A stretch of DNA of 64,000 bases from Pecten maximus. Taxonomy: Eukaryota. The notes under the pieces are model-generated. The model had not been told where the DNA came from, made no database searches, and saw only the letters and a program-made list of their open reading frames with translations. The stretch lies in NCBI RefSeq assembly GCF_902652985.1, contig NC_047026.1, forward strand, positions 30,690,001 to 30,754,000. The letters run 5' to 3'. Positions within the stretch are counted from its first letter, which is position 1. Every line of letters starts with the position of its first letter. Below, in pieces: positions 1-14,214 of the stretch. The translations under genes were made by a program, and so were the position numbers.

Positions 1-589
1 ACTCGACTGATGCAATAACGAACCTCTCCAGTCAAGGGCTGTGTGCATGTAAATCATCACATAGATCAAATAAGGATTTTGATGTATGCATAAATAACAT
101 CGATTCTTAAACGTTTAATGACTTGATACTAAATATGATTTTTGTAACAAGCCGAATCATGCATCATCTTATTGTCTGTCTTTGATCAAGCCTCTAAATA
201 TTACACGCTGAATAGAACGGGTATTGCCAATTAATTGGTTAACATCACAGAGCGCCATTTGTTGCTAATTTTGACATAGATAAACAGCGTTAAAATACAA
301 ATTAATTTTTGTTAAAGGCAGAGTAGCTAAATTTGCTAATCCTAGCATCTATTCTAAAAAACACTTGCCAACGAACTGAGAAATTTAATGCAAGACAACA
401 GCATAATCGTGCAATATCACCAACATTTTGTAAGTCACAAGTGAACGGTTTTAAAATATTTATAAATATTTCTAGTATGAATTACCACATATCATGTTCA
501 ACACCAATCTGCGATTATTTCATCCCTCCCAACAAATAATCCCCCACATTTCTATCTACAATTGTGTAAGTTGCGAATGAAAAATTGAA

Positions 590-1260
590 ATCGCGATCGG
601 GTTGAGAATTTATAACGTTTCCTCTAATTTCTGAACACGTCCTGTTTGTATTGACTGAGGGTTCGTCTCTCTTAAGTAACAAAAAAATTTTTTAAAAAAT
701 TCCCTATTTCTAATGTGCAAGTCAGAGTTGAGAAATTATACCGAGACTCATAGATGAGAATATATAATTGCTTCTCCAGGGCACATTCAGCTCGTATCCT
801 GCTCAACTCTATTTAAAATGTTCTATTCCAGACAACACAGGAATGCCCCCATTTTTATGCAAATGTGAAAGTCTTTGTAAAGGTTACGTTAAAAGTAATG
901 GCTGACGTTCTGTTTATATCTCTGTTACCTGTGTTAACCAATCACATAGTCCAAAAAAGCCCGACTCATTTTTACAACTAATACCACACACTTGACTGAT
1001 GAAATAACATAAGAAGGGTTGAGAATCTATAACGTTTCCACTAAGTTCTGGAACTCGTCTTATGTTTATTGGTATAACCTTTTTTTCTATTCGTCAAGCC
1101 CAGATAACAAAATGATCTACATATTTGTTTCTTTACAATTTTGCAAGTCAGAGTTGAGAATTAATACCGCGATATAGTTGGGAATATATAATTTTCCTGT
1201 TGTGTAAATTCAGCTCGTGTCCTGTCCGTTTAAACTTTTCTCTCCCTGTCAACATAGGAA

Positions 1261-1295
<35 letters not shown>

Positions 1296-1345
1296 CGCTT
1301 GAACAAATCTGAGTCATAGTAGAGGCTTTGTAATGGTTACATATT
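590..1345. repeat. Diverged tandem duplication, period ~420 bp, second copy containing a poly-C tract
   Basis: Paired motifs: gttgagaatYtataacgtttcc (~601/~1018), caagtcagagttgagaa (~718/~1145), ttcagctcgtRtcctg (~786/~1209), caacaYaggaatgccccc (~833/~1250). Confidence 0.7.
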
Positions 1346-4300
1346 ATGTCCCTCGCAGTCGCTAGTGACATTGAATATTTACACAGCGTTAAAGTAAAAG
1401 TAAAGTTAAGGTAACATATAAGTTGTTGATAATGCAGGAAAGGATGTGTAGAATAGAGCAGTGTTTTAATTTTATGAGTTGGGGTCATGATGACCTATTT
1501 CCTGAGATTATTGGTATATGAACGAAGACATTGCTGTTTGTAAAATAGTGAGTTTGAAAATGATATTATATAATGCAAATAATAATTTGGTACACGTGTG
1601 TGTGATTTATCACCCTTTAGAAGTAGTGTAAAACATGTAAAAGTTAGAAGTTGGATATTAATAGAGTATATGATAAATATTCTTTAAACATAAGTTGCTT
1701 CATACAACTAGATGCAGTTGCCACTAATATAATAGGATGAGTTCATGAATAACGCGAATAGATGTAGGTGTTAAATGTATGGTAAATGTCGAATGACCTC
1801 TTAATTAGGACTGAAATATGCTGATAAAGACATGTTCTGTGAAAAATGATTATATGATTGTATTCTATATTGATAAAGCCGTATGTATTTACTTAATTTG
1901 GAAGGTTATATCTACAAACAAAATGTATACAACTCAGGTGTAATACAGTACTGATTTCTGCAACTTTCACAATTCATCCCTTTTATCACCATAGTCATTA
2001 TCAAGTTCATCTCTACATGCTCTGTAAGTTTTATATATAACCATTATAAGGGATTTAAAGGAATGAATGTTTCAGGGATTGTATAACATTTTTGTGTGTT
2101 TCGGATTTTAAGGATACCCAGCACATTAATCCAATTGGTTGTGCTAGAGTTATACCCCTTGAATTTCTTGAAAAAATCAGTATCAGAAATAGATGAATAT
2201 GATCAATATAGGTTGTTGAAATTATCTTTAATGAATTACTAAGAACTTAAGAATTATGATACTTTTTATTTTAGGGGTGGCTATACATTGGCATGGTGAT
2301 GTAAAATATAAACACTATATTCACCTGCATATCGATCTGCCCATGGAATGCATTGTAGACATTTGCGAGATCCAGTCAACTTTGTGTAAAGTGCCTGTGG
2401 CAGTTGACCACTTCCAATAAATATCCATTTTCTGTTGGTTTAACTCCTTATCCGGAATAAAACTGAAATGAAAATTAATACTAATTATTAATGATTCTGT
2501 ATACCAGTTCACAGGATTGTACAAACGACACGCAAGATATTAACACATTTCAAAACAAATTTAGAGTTTGATATAGTAGACCCAAACTGAATTAAACTGT
2601 AATACACTTTTTTATTATCCCTCTAGGGATACTAAGGGCCTAAAGTGGTGATATAGGGCGATCAAAAGGCCCCAAATAATTAAAAGAAATATCAAAACCC
2701 CATTCCTTGGTAAAATTTGGTCTGTACGTTGTTCATGTGAATGAATAATGATTTTAAAAATGAAATTGACCTTCATTCAATGTCACAAAAATGAATTATG
2801 CTACATAATGAAATGAGACTTTTCCTTTCAGCATTGAAAGTAAATTAATAGTTATGTGGTTTTTCGTCACAGAAGAGAATTTTTTTCATTAGCGTACTTC
2901 GTCTACTGGGGCACCTGCGAAAACGGTTTAATCGAAAATAGCATCGTCGAATTTTCAAAATTAACCATGGAATAAAAAAGTGCAACTTTTATCATTGTTT
3001 GATGGATTATAACAATTTATCATCCAGTATGTCCAGTGTTATTCAACGTTACAAATATAACGTCACCATGGTTACACGTTAACAGTTGGACAATTGGGTT
3101 TCATAGGGTTATATAGTAATATCTGCATACAAATGCAAATACCGGTAAAGGTTTCTACTTAAGAAAATAAGTAGATGCAATGGTATCGACCTTCACCTTC
3201 CTAAGACTAACCTCGACGGTTGTAATATTGTTCCTACACAAATATATGAAAACGTTTGTTGACAGTCCCCTTATCAGGAGATAGCTTGAAGATACTCGCA
3301 AACACAGATAATTTCTAGTATACTCTCCATTAGTTCAACCTGTTGTCTTAATCTAACTGTAATAATATTTCTTCTTTTTAAATTCTATTTTCATTTAAGG
3401 ATTAATGTCATCATAGTTTTTCATTTCGAGATTTTTATTCTGACTTTTTTTTTTCTCTTTCTGTTTGTTTTTCTTTGTCTTTTGTTGTCTAAATTTAATT
3501 GTGTCTCATTCTTATTTACACAAAACGAAACGGTTTTTAACTCATCACATCACTCTAATAATCTATTTTCATATCATTTTATAACATTAGCTAATTTTAA
3601 TTTTATTGTATATGATCACTTTTTATTCGATTTTATTGGGTTTCGAGACGAACCCTTGGTATTATCGTTATCGTAGGTACCTTTATGGGACTCTATTGTC
3701 ACATGGCCTATCACACACGTGGTCTACTGATTTACTTCAGGTTACGATTACCGAATTTATACATCAGTAACGCCTCATAATAGATAATACAGTCTATCTT
3801 ATTTAAATTGAAAATGGAGCATATTTACTTGACCTAAGAGTTTTATTTCATGTTTAAAATAAGGTCCTTTAATTCGTTTAATTTATTAATTGATATAGAT
3901 ATTGATATCTAAAACAAAAGTTGGTTAGTCATCGGAATACTTTAGTACTTGAGTACCTGTTCTTGATCTCATAGCTAAAGATAGCCAAAATGTTTTTCAG
4001 ACATTTTATAATGTTGAAACTACATTTACTATGCAGTTGTTTGGTTATCAATCTTTCTATTAAGTTATTAATGTATTTGAATGTAAATGTTGTTCATTGA
4101 AAGTGCAACAAATCACTGAATAATTGTCAAATATGATCATATATTAAACGAAGAAATTGATATTCAACAGGGGATCTTAATTTTGTGTCATTTTGTCAAA
4201 ATACTTTAAAGTTAATGTTCTTTTTTTTTATTAAGCCATCAGAACAAATTCAGATTCGTGACAAACATAATTCAAATAGACATAGCCTTGACACAAAAAA

Positions 4301-5397
4301 CATGAGCGAATTCTTGGCGCTGGCCCAAAATGTAGTCTTGACATGCGAATCTGTCACCAAATATACAACACCGCATTTAGCAAAAATACCACGCAACTAT
4401 GATGTGGTAAGGGAGGGATAAGGAAAACAACAACATTATTGCATCATTGCGCTTACAACAAAGCCTTATCGGATATTGTACAATATTTCCAGCTGTTAAT
4501 ATTCTGAGCATATTCAAGATAAGTCGTGTGTAAATAATTGAAAGGTCTCGGGTTAGTCACCAGCGCTAAAGCAGTATTATATGAGTTGCGAGAGGGAATA
4601 CTCATCTATATCAATGACTGCCGACCACAGTCAGTTATTTACGTTCGATCAATTGGCTTTGTGTTGTAAGAAACCTACTTTTTGCATGCAGCGTGTTTCC
4701 ATTTATTTCGCAATTATTAGAAACCCGCATTCTGCAAAACACCATAACTTTATGTTATATTTACATTACATATAATTTGCCATAAAAATCATTGCTAAGT
4801 TAAAAGTAAGAAAACACATTTTATTAGCTCCATACTCAACCATATTTAATCTGATAGAGGCAGTGTTGTGCGTCACCTGAGCTTATATACCGGTGCTCAC
4901 TAACGCCACCTAGCGACATGTCTAGTGACGATAAACGTCACTGGTCGGCCGGGTTATCTAATTATAGAATTTCTGTCTCAAAGTGCAATGGGCAATAGTC
5001 GAGATGGACGATACACGCACTTCACTTTGTGATATTTTGATTGCAGGTTACATTGATAAAGATGATGTGGTCAGCAACATTCAGATAAAATAAATCTTGA
5101 CCTTAATTATATATATTTTTATCATAGAATAGCTGGACATTTTGTACAACACGTCATTACAAGCATGTTAACTAGATCTGTTAAACAAATATATGCACCT
5201 ACCGTATTTACACAGATTATTTATTTTTGTAATGTTTTAAAGACATTCTTCAAAGTTCTATATGGATTTGTATTCAATCTAAGTTACGTTTTATGGAAGC
5301 ATAGAGGTTTTGGTAGATTTGCTATCGTCGGTATATCAGATCCCAACATATAAGCTAGTTAAAACACAAGGATTAATAATCTTACAGTAGCTTGATA

Positions 5398-5428
<31 letters not shown>

Positions 5429-7861
5429 TAATTCTAAAACCTACATAATTAGTCTTATTGTTTTTCTTGATACACTGAGACAGTTTTGTCGTTTTGACAA
5501 AGGAATAATTATATTTACACAGTTTATTTATACGTTTAGGTAGACCAACGTAATATTTTCGAAAAGTGACAAGCAAAATATATACATGTACATGCTTTTA
5601 AATAAATTGTCCAAGAAATGCGAGATGAAATTTGTGAACATTTTATTTCTATACATGATATATTTATATTACTGCATATACTTTCTCTGCATAATATGTA
5701 ATACTGCATATAATGCTGCATAACAACTATACTTTGCTTTTGGAATATTAAAAAATGTGTCCAATAAGGCAATCAACGATTCCAAAATAATGCATATAAG
5801 ACTGTATCATACATGTGTTTTGTCTTTTTACGACTCGTCATTGTTGCTATAGGGCCTCCAGAAAATCCAGAAGGGAGATTTGAAGCATCAAAATTTGCCT
5901 GATAAAAACTATCTACTACGTACGTATACAGCTGTATGTGTGAATAGTCTGAGCACATGCCACCGTTCATTATTAAAAAAACAACACAGAAAACACTTTC
6001 CAAATGCCGGAGCAAAACAGAAAATATTACATACTTCTACGGTTGTTAAATTTTGTCTGCTAGTTTACAATCTAGAAATGTTTAAATAAGGTAATTAAAT
6101 ATTTATCATCCACCAGTAATATTGTTGACCAGCTGATTGATACTTATGACTTTTCTCTTGTTCTTATATTTTCTATTTTGCAATGACGGAAATTAAGAGA
6201 CCTATTTATGATACGATAGTTGTTATGTATCTCATATGATAATATATATCTATTATATTTACAAAATACTGTGTATTGTTCAGGGAGAGAGTTAGTGTAA
6301 ACTACGCCTGTTGCCCAATTCGCTTTGTTCTGCGCAATGAAATATTCTGAAATGTCAAATCTAAGGTGACTTAATTTAAGTACACCAAAAATAATCAAGG
6401 GTTTTTGTTGTGCTGTTTATACATGTTTGGTTAATGAAGATGATCTGTAATTGGTACAAATATCGTTGGAAGTATGTTTGACATCAAGATATGAACAAGT
6501 ATGAGGGTTAATAAGTTTTGAAATAGTTATTGGCTAACATTGAACTATTCAGCACTGAAAAACCAGATGTTTCAACCAGGCATGTACCTTATTCATCAGT
6601 ATTTATATTTGTATATAATATCGAGTGAACAATTTCCTTACGGCAAAGGTATCTATTATCACTCTTCGTGGAAGGTAATTTTGCTATTAAAACATCTGGC
6701 TTACCCATGCATGTAAATAAATGCAAGAATACTTACCGGTGATCCATTTGTTATAAGTTAATTAGAAGAATAAACGAACACAAAATCCAATATATTGAAA
6801 CGTTCCAAAGACCATTTTATGTGTCGTACTTGAACGAATCATTTTTGACAATGCAGTCATATCTAGGAACGTTTTTTAAGGTAAATAATAACATTTTGTG
6901 TACGAATATTTTTGATATCTTGCATTCAAATCAAATTGCATCTGCAATTGTTTTATGGTGTAATTTTTCAAAACCAATATTATATATAGCATAATTATAT
7001 ACCTACCTGAATGAGCTTTGCCAATTCTCCGTTCACTTCCATTAATTTATTTTGAAATTCAGCTTACTCTGTTTTAGTTTCAATTTAGATACTAACTTTT
7101 GTGAAATTTTCAATGTTTTTCCCCCTTAATTTCAATAACCATTGCTTCCAAAATTGCTGAATTAATATTCTCGGTAATGATATTAAAAAACAGATGTTTC
7201 TAAGAAGATACATGATAATTATTACTGAAACATAGAACGATAACATACAATCACATTCCTTCTAAATTTATAATCATCTTGTAGCTCTATACGTGTGTGT
7301 TGAGCACAAGCTAATTGTATGAAAAGGAAGATAACAACTTGTTTACGGTATTTATACACAATGCTATCAGCGCCATCTGTGAGACTTAAATAGTAACAAA
7401 GTCCAGAAGGGTAGATATCATACGGTCAGATTTGAATATTGTATTACTTCCCGAAAGACAGAGATTTATTGCTCAGGTAACTCAACAGCTGTCTATCGAT
7501 TGTATTGCTATGGAAATTTATTGACCACAGACATCATGTCAATTGATAACACATATAGCTTCATGTAAAAACATATGTCTATCACACACAAACTGTCATA
7601 TGTACTCACAGCAAACATATGTCTATCACAAACAAACTCTCATATGTACTCACAGCAAACGTATGTCTATCACACACAAACTCTCATATGCAATTACAAC
7701 AAAACTATTTTAATCACACAGACGTCACACGTATGAAGACAACTACCATCAATCTGTCTTGTGAACAAACTTACAGTAAAGTAATACCATACACATTCAC
7801 CACACAAATGTATAGACCAACTAATCTCTCTTTCGGACATATATGCAGCTTACGACAACAC

Positions 7862-10800
7862 ACATCTATACATCTATATGACACACAGTCAATTACTATA
7901 TATATATATCAATCTATATCACACACAGTCAATTACTACATATCTATCTATATCACACACAGTCAATTACTACATATCTGTCTATATCACACACAGTCAA
8001 TTACTACATATCTATATATATCACACACAGTCAGTTACTACATATCTGTCTATATCACACACAGTCAGTTACTACATATCTATATATCTATATCACACAC
8101 AGTCAATTACTACATATCTGTCTATATCACACACAGTCAATTACAACATATCTATCAATATCACACACATTCAGTTACTGCATATCTATCTATATCACAC
8201 ACAGTCAATTACTACATATCTATCTATATCACACACAGTCAATTACTATATCTATATCTATATCACACACAATCAGTTACTATATATATATCTATATCAC
8301 ACACAGTCAATTACTACATATATATCTATATCACACACAGTCAATTACTACATATCTACCTATATCACACACATTCAGTTACTATATATATATCTATATC
8401 ACACACAATCAATTACTATATATATATATCTATATCACACACAGTCAATTACTACATATATATCTATATCACACACAGTCAATTACTACATATATATCTA
8501 TATCACACACAGTCAATTACTACATATCTATCTATATCACACACAGTCAATTACTACATATCTATCTATATCACACACATTCAATTACTACATATATATA
8601 TATCTATATCACACACAGTCAGTTATTTCATATCTATCTATATCGCACACATTCAATTACTACATATCTATCTATATCAGTCAATTACTACATATCTATC
8701 TATATCAGTCAGTTACTACATACATCTATCTATATCACACACAATCAATAACTACATATCTATCTATATCACACACAGTCAATTACTACATATCTATCTA
8801 TATCACACTCAGTCAATTACTACATATCTATCTATATCACACACAGTCAATTACTTCATATCTATCTATATCACACACAGTCAATTACTACATATCTATC
8901 TATATCACACACAGTCAATTACTACATATCTATCTATATCACACACAGTCAGTTACTACATACATCTATCTTGATCACACACAGTCAATTACTACATATC
9001 TATCTATATCACACACAGTCAGTTACTACATATCTATCTATATCACACACAGTCAATTACTACATATCTATCTATATCACACACAGTCAATTACTACATA
9101 TCTATCTATATCACACACAGTCAATTACTACATATCTACCTATATCACACACAGTCAATTACTACATATATATATATCTATATCACACACATCCTATTAC
9201 TACATATCTATCTATATCACACACAGTCAATTACTTCATATATATCTATAACACACACAGTCAGTTACTAAATATCTATCTATCTATATCACACATAGTC
9301 AATTACTACATATCTACTGTATCTATATCACACACAGTCAGTTACTACATATATATCTATCTATATCACACATAGTCAATTACTACATATCTACATGTAT
9401 CTATATCACACACAGTCAGTTACTACATATCTATCTATATCACACACATTCAATTAGTACATACATCTATCTATATCACACATAGTCAATTAATACATAT
9501 CTACATGTATCTATAATCACATATCTATATACATCACACACACAGTCAATTACTACATATCTATCTATATCACACACAGCCAATTACTACATACCTATCT
9601 ATATCACACACAGTCAATTACTACATATCTATCTATATCACACACAGTCAATTACTACATATATATATCTATCTATATCACACAGGGTCAATTACTACAT
9701 ATCTATATATATCACACACAGTGAGTTACTACATATCTATATATATCACACACATCCTATTACTACATATCTACTGTATCTATATCACACACAGTCAGTT
9801 ACTACATATATATCTATCTATATCACACATAGTCAATTACTACATATCTACATGTATCTATATCACACACAGTCAGTTACTACATATCTATCTATATCAC
9901 ACACATTCAATTAGTACATACATCTATCTATATCACACATAGTCAATTAATACATATCTACATGTATCTATAATCACATATCTATATACATCACACACAC
10001 AGTCAATTACTACATATCTATCTATATCACACACATTCAGTTACTGCATATCTATCTATATCACACACAGTCAATTACTACATATCTATCTATATCACAC
10101 ACAGTCAATTACTATATATATATCTATATCACACACAATCAGTTACTATATATATATCTATATCACACACAGTCAATTACTACATATATTCTTATATCAC
10201 ACACAGTCAATTACTACATATCTACCTATATCACAACACATTCAGTTACTATATATATATCTATATCACACACAATCAATTACTATATATATATCTATAT
10301 CACACACAGTCAATTACTACATATATATCTATATCACACACAGTCAATTACTACATATATATCTATATCACACACATTCAATTACCTACATATCTATCTA
10401 TATCACACACAGTCAATTACTACATATCTATCTATATCACACACATTCAATTACTACATATATATCTATATCACACACAGTCAGTTATTTCATATCTATC
10501 TATATCGCACACATTCAATTACTACATATCTATCTATATCAGTCAATTACTACATATCTATCTATATCAGTCAGTTACTACATACATCTATCTATATCAC
10601 ACACAATCAATAACTACATATCTATCTATATCACACACAGTCAATTACTACATATCTATCTATATCACACTCAGTCAATTACTACATATCTATCTATATC
10701 ACACACAGTCAATTACCTACATATCTATCTATATCACACACAGTCAATTACTACATATCTATCTATATCACACACAGTCAATTACTACATATCTATCTAT

Positions 10801-11706
10801 ATCACACACAGTCAGTTACTACATACATCTATCTTGATCACACACAGTCAATTACTACATATCTATCTATATCACACACAGTCAATTACTACATATCTAT
10901 CTATATCACACACAGTCAATTACTACATATCTACCTATATCACACACAGTCAATTACTACATATATATATCTATATCACACACATCCTATTACTACATAT
11001 CTATCTATATCACACACAGTCAATTACTTCATATATATCTATAACACACACAGTCAGTTACTAAATATCTATCTATCTATATCACACATAGTCAATTACT
11101 ACATATCTACTGTATCTATATCACACACAGTCAGTTACTACATATATATCTATCTATATCACACATAGTCAATTACTACATATCTACATGTATCTATATC
11201 ACACACAGTCAGTTACTACATATCTATCTATATCACACACATTCAATTAGTACATACATCTATCTATATCACACATAGTCAATTAATACATATCTACATG
11301 TATCTATAATCACATATCTATATACATCACACACACAGTCAATTACTACATATCTATCTATATCACACACAGCCAATTACTACATACCTATCTATATCAC
11401 ACACAGTCAATTACTACATATCTATCTATATCACACACAGTCAGTTACTACATATCTACCTATATCACACACAGTCAATTACTACATATCTATCTATATC
11501 ACACACAGTCAATTACTACATATCTATCTATATCACACACAGTCAATTACTAGATATCTATTTATATCACACACAGTCAGTTACTACATATCTATATATA
11601 TCACACACAACCAATTACTACATATCTATCTATATCACACACAACCAATTATTACATATATATATATATCTATATCACACACAGTCAATTACTACATATA
11701 TATATA
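7862..11706 (+). repeat. 34-bp satellite (TATCACACACAGTCAATTACTACATATCTATCTA)n, left block
   Basis: Tandem array read directly; the long ORFs here repeat every 34 aa (3 x 34 bp). Related degenerate ~45-bp units precede it at 7565-7700. Confidence 0.97.
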
Positions 11707-11707
11707 G

Positions 11708-11875
11708 AGGTTCCCCAACGAGTGGAGGTTGTTTATCATTTTTATCCAACTCGAGTTAGTTAATTTTCTAATTTTGAAAAGACACGAGCTTTAACGAGTG
11801 TCTTTTCAAAATTAGAAAATTAACTAACGAGAGTTGGATAAAAATGATAAACAACCTTCACGTGTTGGGGAACTT
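11708..11875. repeat. Left terminal hairpin (~168 nt)
   Basis: gttccccaac...gaaaagacac / gagctttaacga / gtgtcttttc...gttggggaac: self-complementary apart from a few mismatches. Confidence 0.95.
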
Positions 11876-12182
11876 GTTTATCCCATAACTCTTATTCTTC
11901 AACTGTGCCGAGTTCAAATTCTCCCAACGTAGCCATTGATACGCTGTTAGCCGCATCACTCCTTGAAGAATATAGTTCCTAAATAGAGAACTCTTAATAT
12001 GTCGTTTAGAATAACGCTCGTGATAACTGTGGTATATTAGTTGCTGTTAAGGAAATTGGAATATGAAATTATACAAGAAAATAAACATTTTGAATGAATT
12101 TTATTAATACAGCACTTGCTATAAATCACTCCGCGTTACAAAGATGACACCGCGCTCCAGGTCGAAACTACCAGCTACAAGC

Positions 12183-13997
12183 TTAATCACTGTCCGATTC
12201 GATAATGGGACGTTTCCTGGACGTTGCAGCAATGTAATTATTGTTAACTGTGATGTTAAAAGTCCCCCCGAAGATCTGTCCATTCAGTACACCACAAGGA
12301 AGACGCGTATCTGCAGGCTTTCCGGAGATAGAGATGGAATGCTGGCCTACTGTCATGGCACTGGTCATGGTGGAGCTGGTGACACGTGTAGTTTCGGTAT
12401 TCATTGCTGATGGGATCACAGGACAGCTAGCACTGCTGCCATAATCAGAGGACAACATATTCGAAATTGTCCGTTGTTGTTGAGAGTTCAACGTCGAATA
12501 TGCGTTAATGCTTTGCACATTTTTGTGTCCGGAGATCTACAGTGGGAAAAAAATCGTGCATTAGGAAATCTGTCAGTTGATCCGAGATCTCTTTTTGAAT
12601 TTAGGCCTTCCAAAAAAACTAGTGATAAAAAATAATATGGAATTGTATATTTTGTGTTTGGGATATAAATTCATAATAAAGGTAAGTGGACTGGTTTAGA
12701 AGATGGTGTTTGTTACATGTGTTTTACATTTTTAATGCCTGCATGATTTGTGTAGGCGCTATACCACTGTAGTTCAACTTCTGGACAAGGTACTTCCTGG
12801 CCGAATGGTTGGTCAACCTTTTCCCAGTTTCCCCTTTTACTTTGAGGCCTATGAGAAAAGCGCATAAACTGGGTAACCATTGTGCATATTTAATAATACA
12901 TTGACAATTTTAAAAATAAATATACGACAAACCGCGTGATATGAACGAAGGGAGACAACTCGTATTTATTTTTAAGTAATCACACCTGCTTTCACTGCCA
13001 TCGAAGGCATGAATTTCGACAACTTGTTCACTTCCATAGGCTGGTTTTTAAACCATTTCTCCGATTTCTCGGTGTTTGTGTTTGTCGCAATGTAAAATGG
13101 CGTTTCTGGTCCACTACAGGCTGCCGGCCGATGGTTACTGTACATTTTATAATACTTTACAGGACATTTGTCAGGGTTTGTGGGTGTCGCCCATGCCCAA
13201 GGGGGGATCGCCCGAACATTCCTTGTGTTTGAACCGGGACGAGTTTTCGTCTGACGTTCATTGTATTCCAGATACTCGCGGTTGTCTGTGTCAAAACACA
13301 ACTTTACGTCGCCCCATTTCATGTTGTGATGTTCAGTTACCCCGCGCATACCGAAATGAATTGTATTCAAAAACCAGACTGTCCTCAACAAGGCATCTGG
13401 TGTTTTACTACCAAGTTGATCGAATTCAAAAAGGCGATCAATCTCTTCATCAGTGATTGGATCTGCACGGTGTTCTAAATTTCCTTTGCCAGAACGTTTC
13501 AATTTCTTCTGTTTTGGTTTTGATAACTTCTTGAAGTTTAGAAAAAATGCTATCATTCACGATACTGTAACCATAACTTTTTTGGCGAAGATATCTATCT
13601 ATACTGGCAGCGATGCCACGAACAGTGCTCGGTTCATAATCATCGCCGTCTTTTTTCTTCATATTAACAAAGAAAATGCACAGCAATTTGCACAAATCAT
13701 TTGGAGGAATATGTTCAATTTGGCGACATTCCTTCAGTTGTGTTTTCAGGAAATCCGACAGATTTCTCATATCATTTTCCGTTTTCCGTGCAGTGTTTTT
13801 GTTTTGTTCTTCTTCGATAAATTTATCTACATCCAAATTGTACAGTTCCATATCAGAACCGTCATCGTTAGATAGCTCTTTAGACTCTGTGACTAAATTT
13901 GTTTTCTGTTTTGCTTGAGCGACAGCGGACGTACCAGGGACAGGGGGGTCGGATTTGGGTACATCAATCCGATATCTTGCCTCCGTACATGTTTTAC
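12183..13997 (-). pseudogene. Tyrosine recombinase, left copy: 5'-truncated and frameshifted
   Basis: Exons 13997-12986, 12848-12739, 12536-12183. One extra base near 13512 splits ORFs 13450-13851 and 12972-13556. Intron 2 donor is GC. The first ~43 codons are missing, with an in-frame stop just inside the spacer. Confidence 0.85.
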
Positions 13998-14058
13998 GCT
14001 TGTTTCACAACTGATATGGCACGTGTTAAAGATCGTAGCAGTGTGTTATTGTTTTTGT

Positions 14059-14214
14059 TTACACACCGCGGTGTGTAACCACTTTCAGAGCGTCCGATTG
14101 GCTAACTCTGACCTGCAACAGTTCTGATTGGCTAACCTCTGACGTTTGACACCGGACTACTTTTAACCCAGCGCGTGTTGTTTTGTTGTCGTCTGTCAAT
14201 CAAAAAACGTCAAC
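14059..14214 (+). promoter_or_regulatory. Putative recombinase promoter in the central spacer
   Basis: Perfect 20-bp palindrome TTACACACCGCGGTGTGTAA (14059-14078); two direct repeats GATTGGCTAAC(C)TCTGAC, each an inverted CCAAT box (~14096, ~14126); Kozak-like caacATGg at 14215. Confidence 0.55.

Noticed and set aside
1263-1292. Poly-C tracts (also ~45965-45993)
   Set aside because: Simple homopolymers of unreliable length; no evidence of function.
5280-7050. Several short exon-like segments on the - strand
   Set aside because: Could not be joined into an open frame or matched to a family; possibly a decayed gene.
7619-11064. Long His/Tyr/Ile-rich ORFs (451 and 457 aa, and 16592-18122)
   Set aside because: Translations of a 34-bp satellite lacking stops in all three frames; no gene features.
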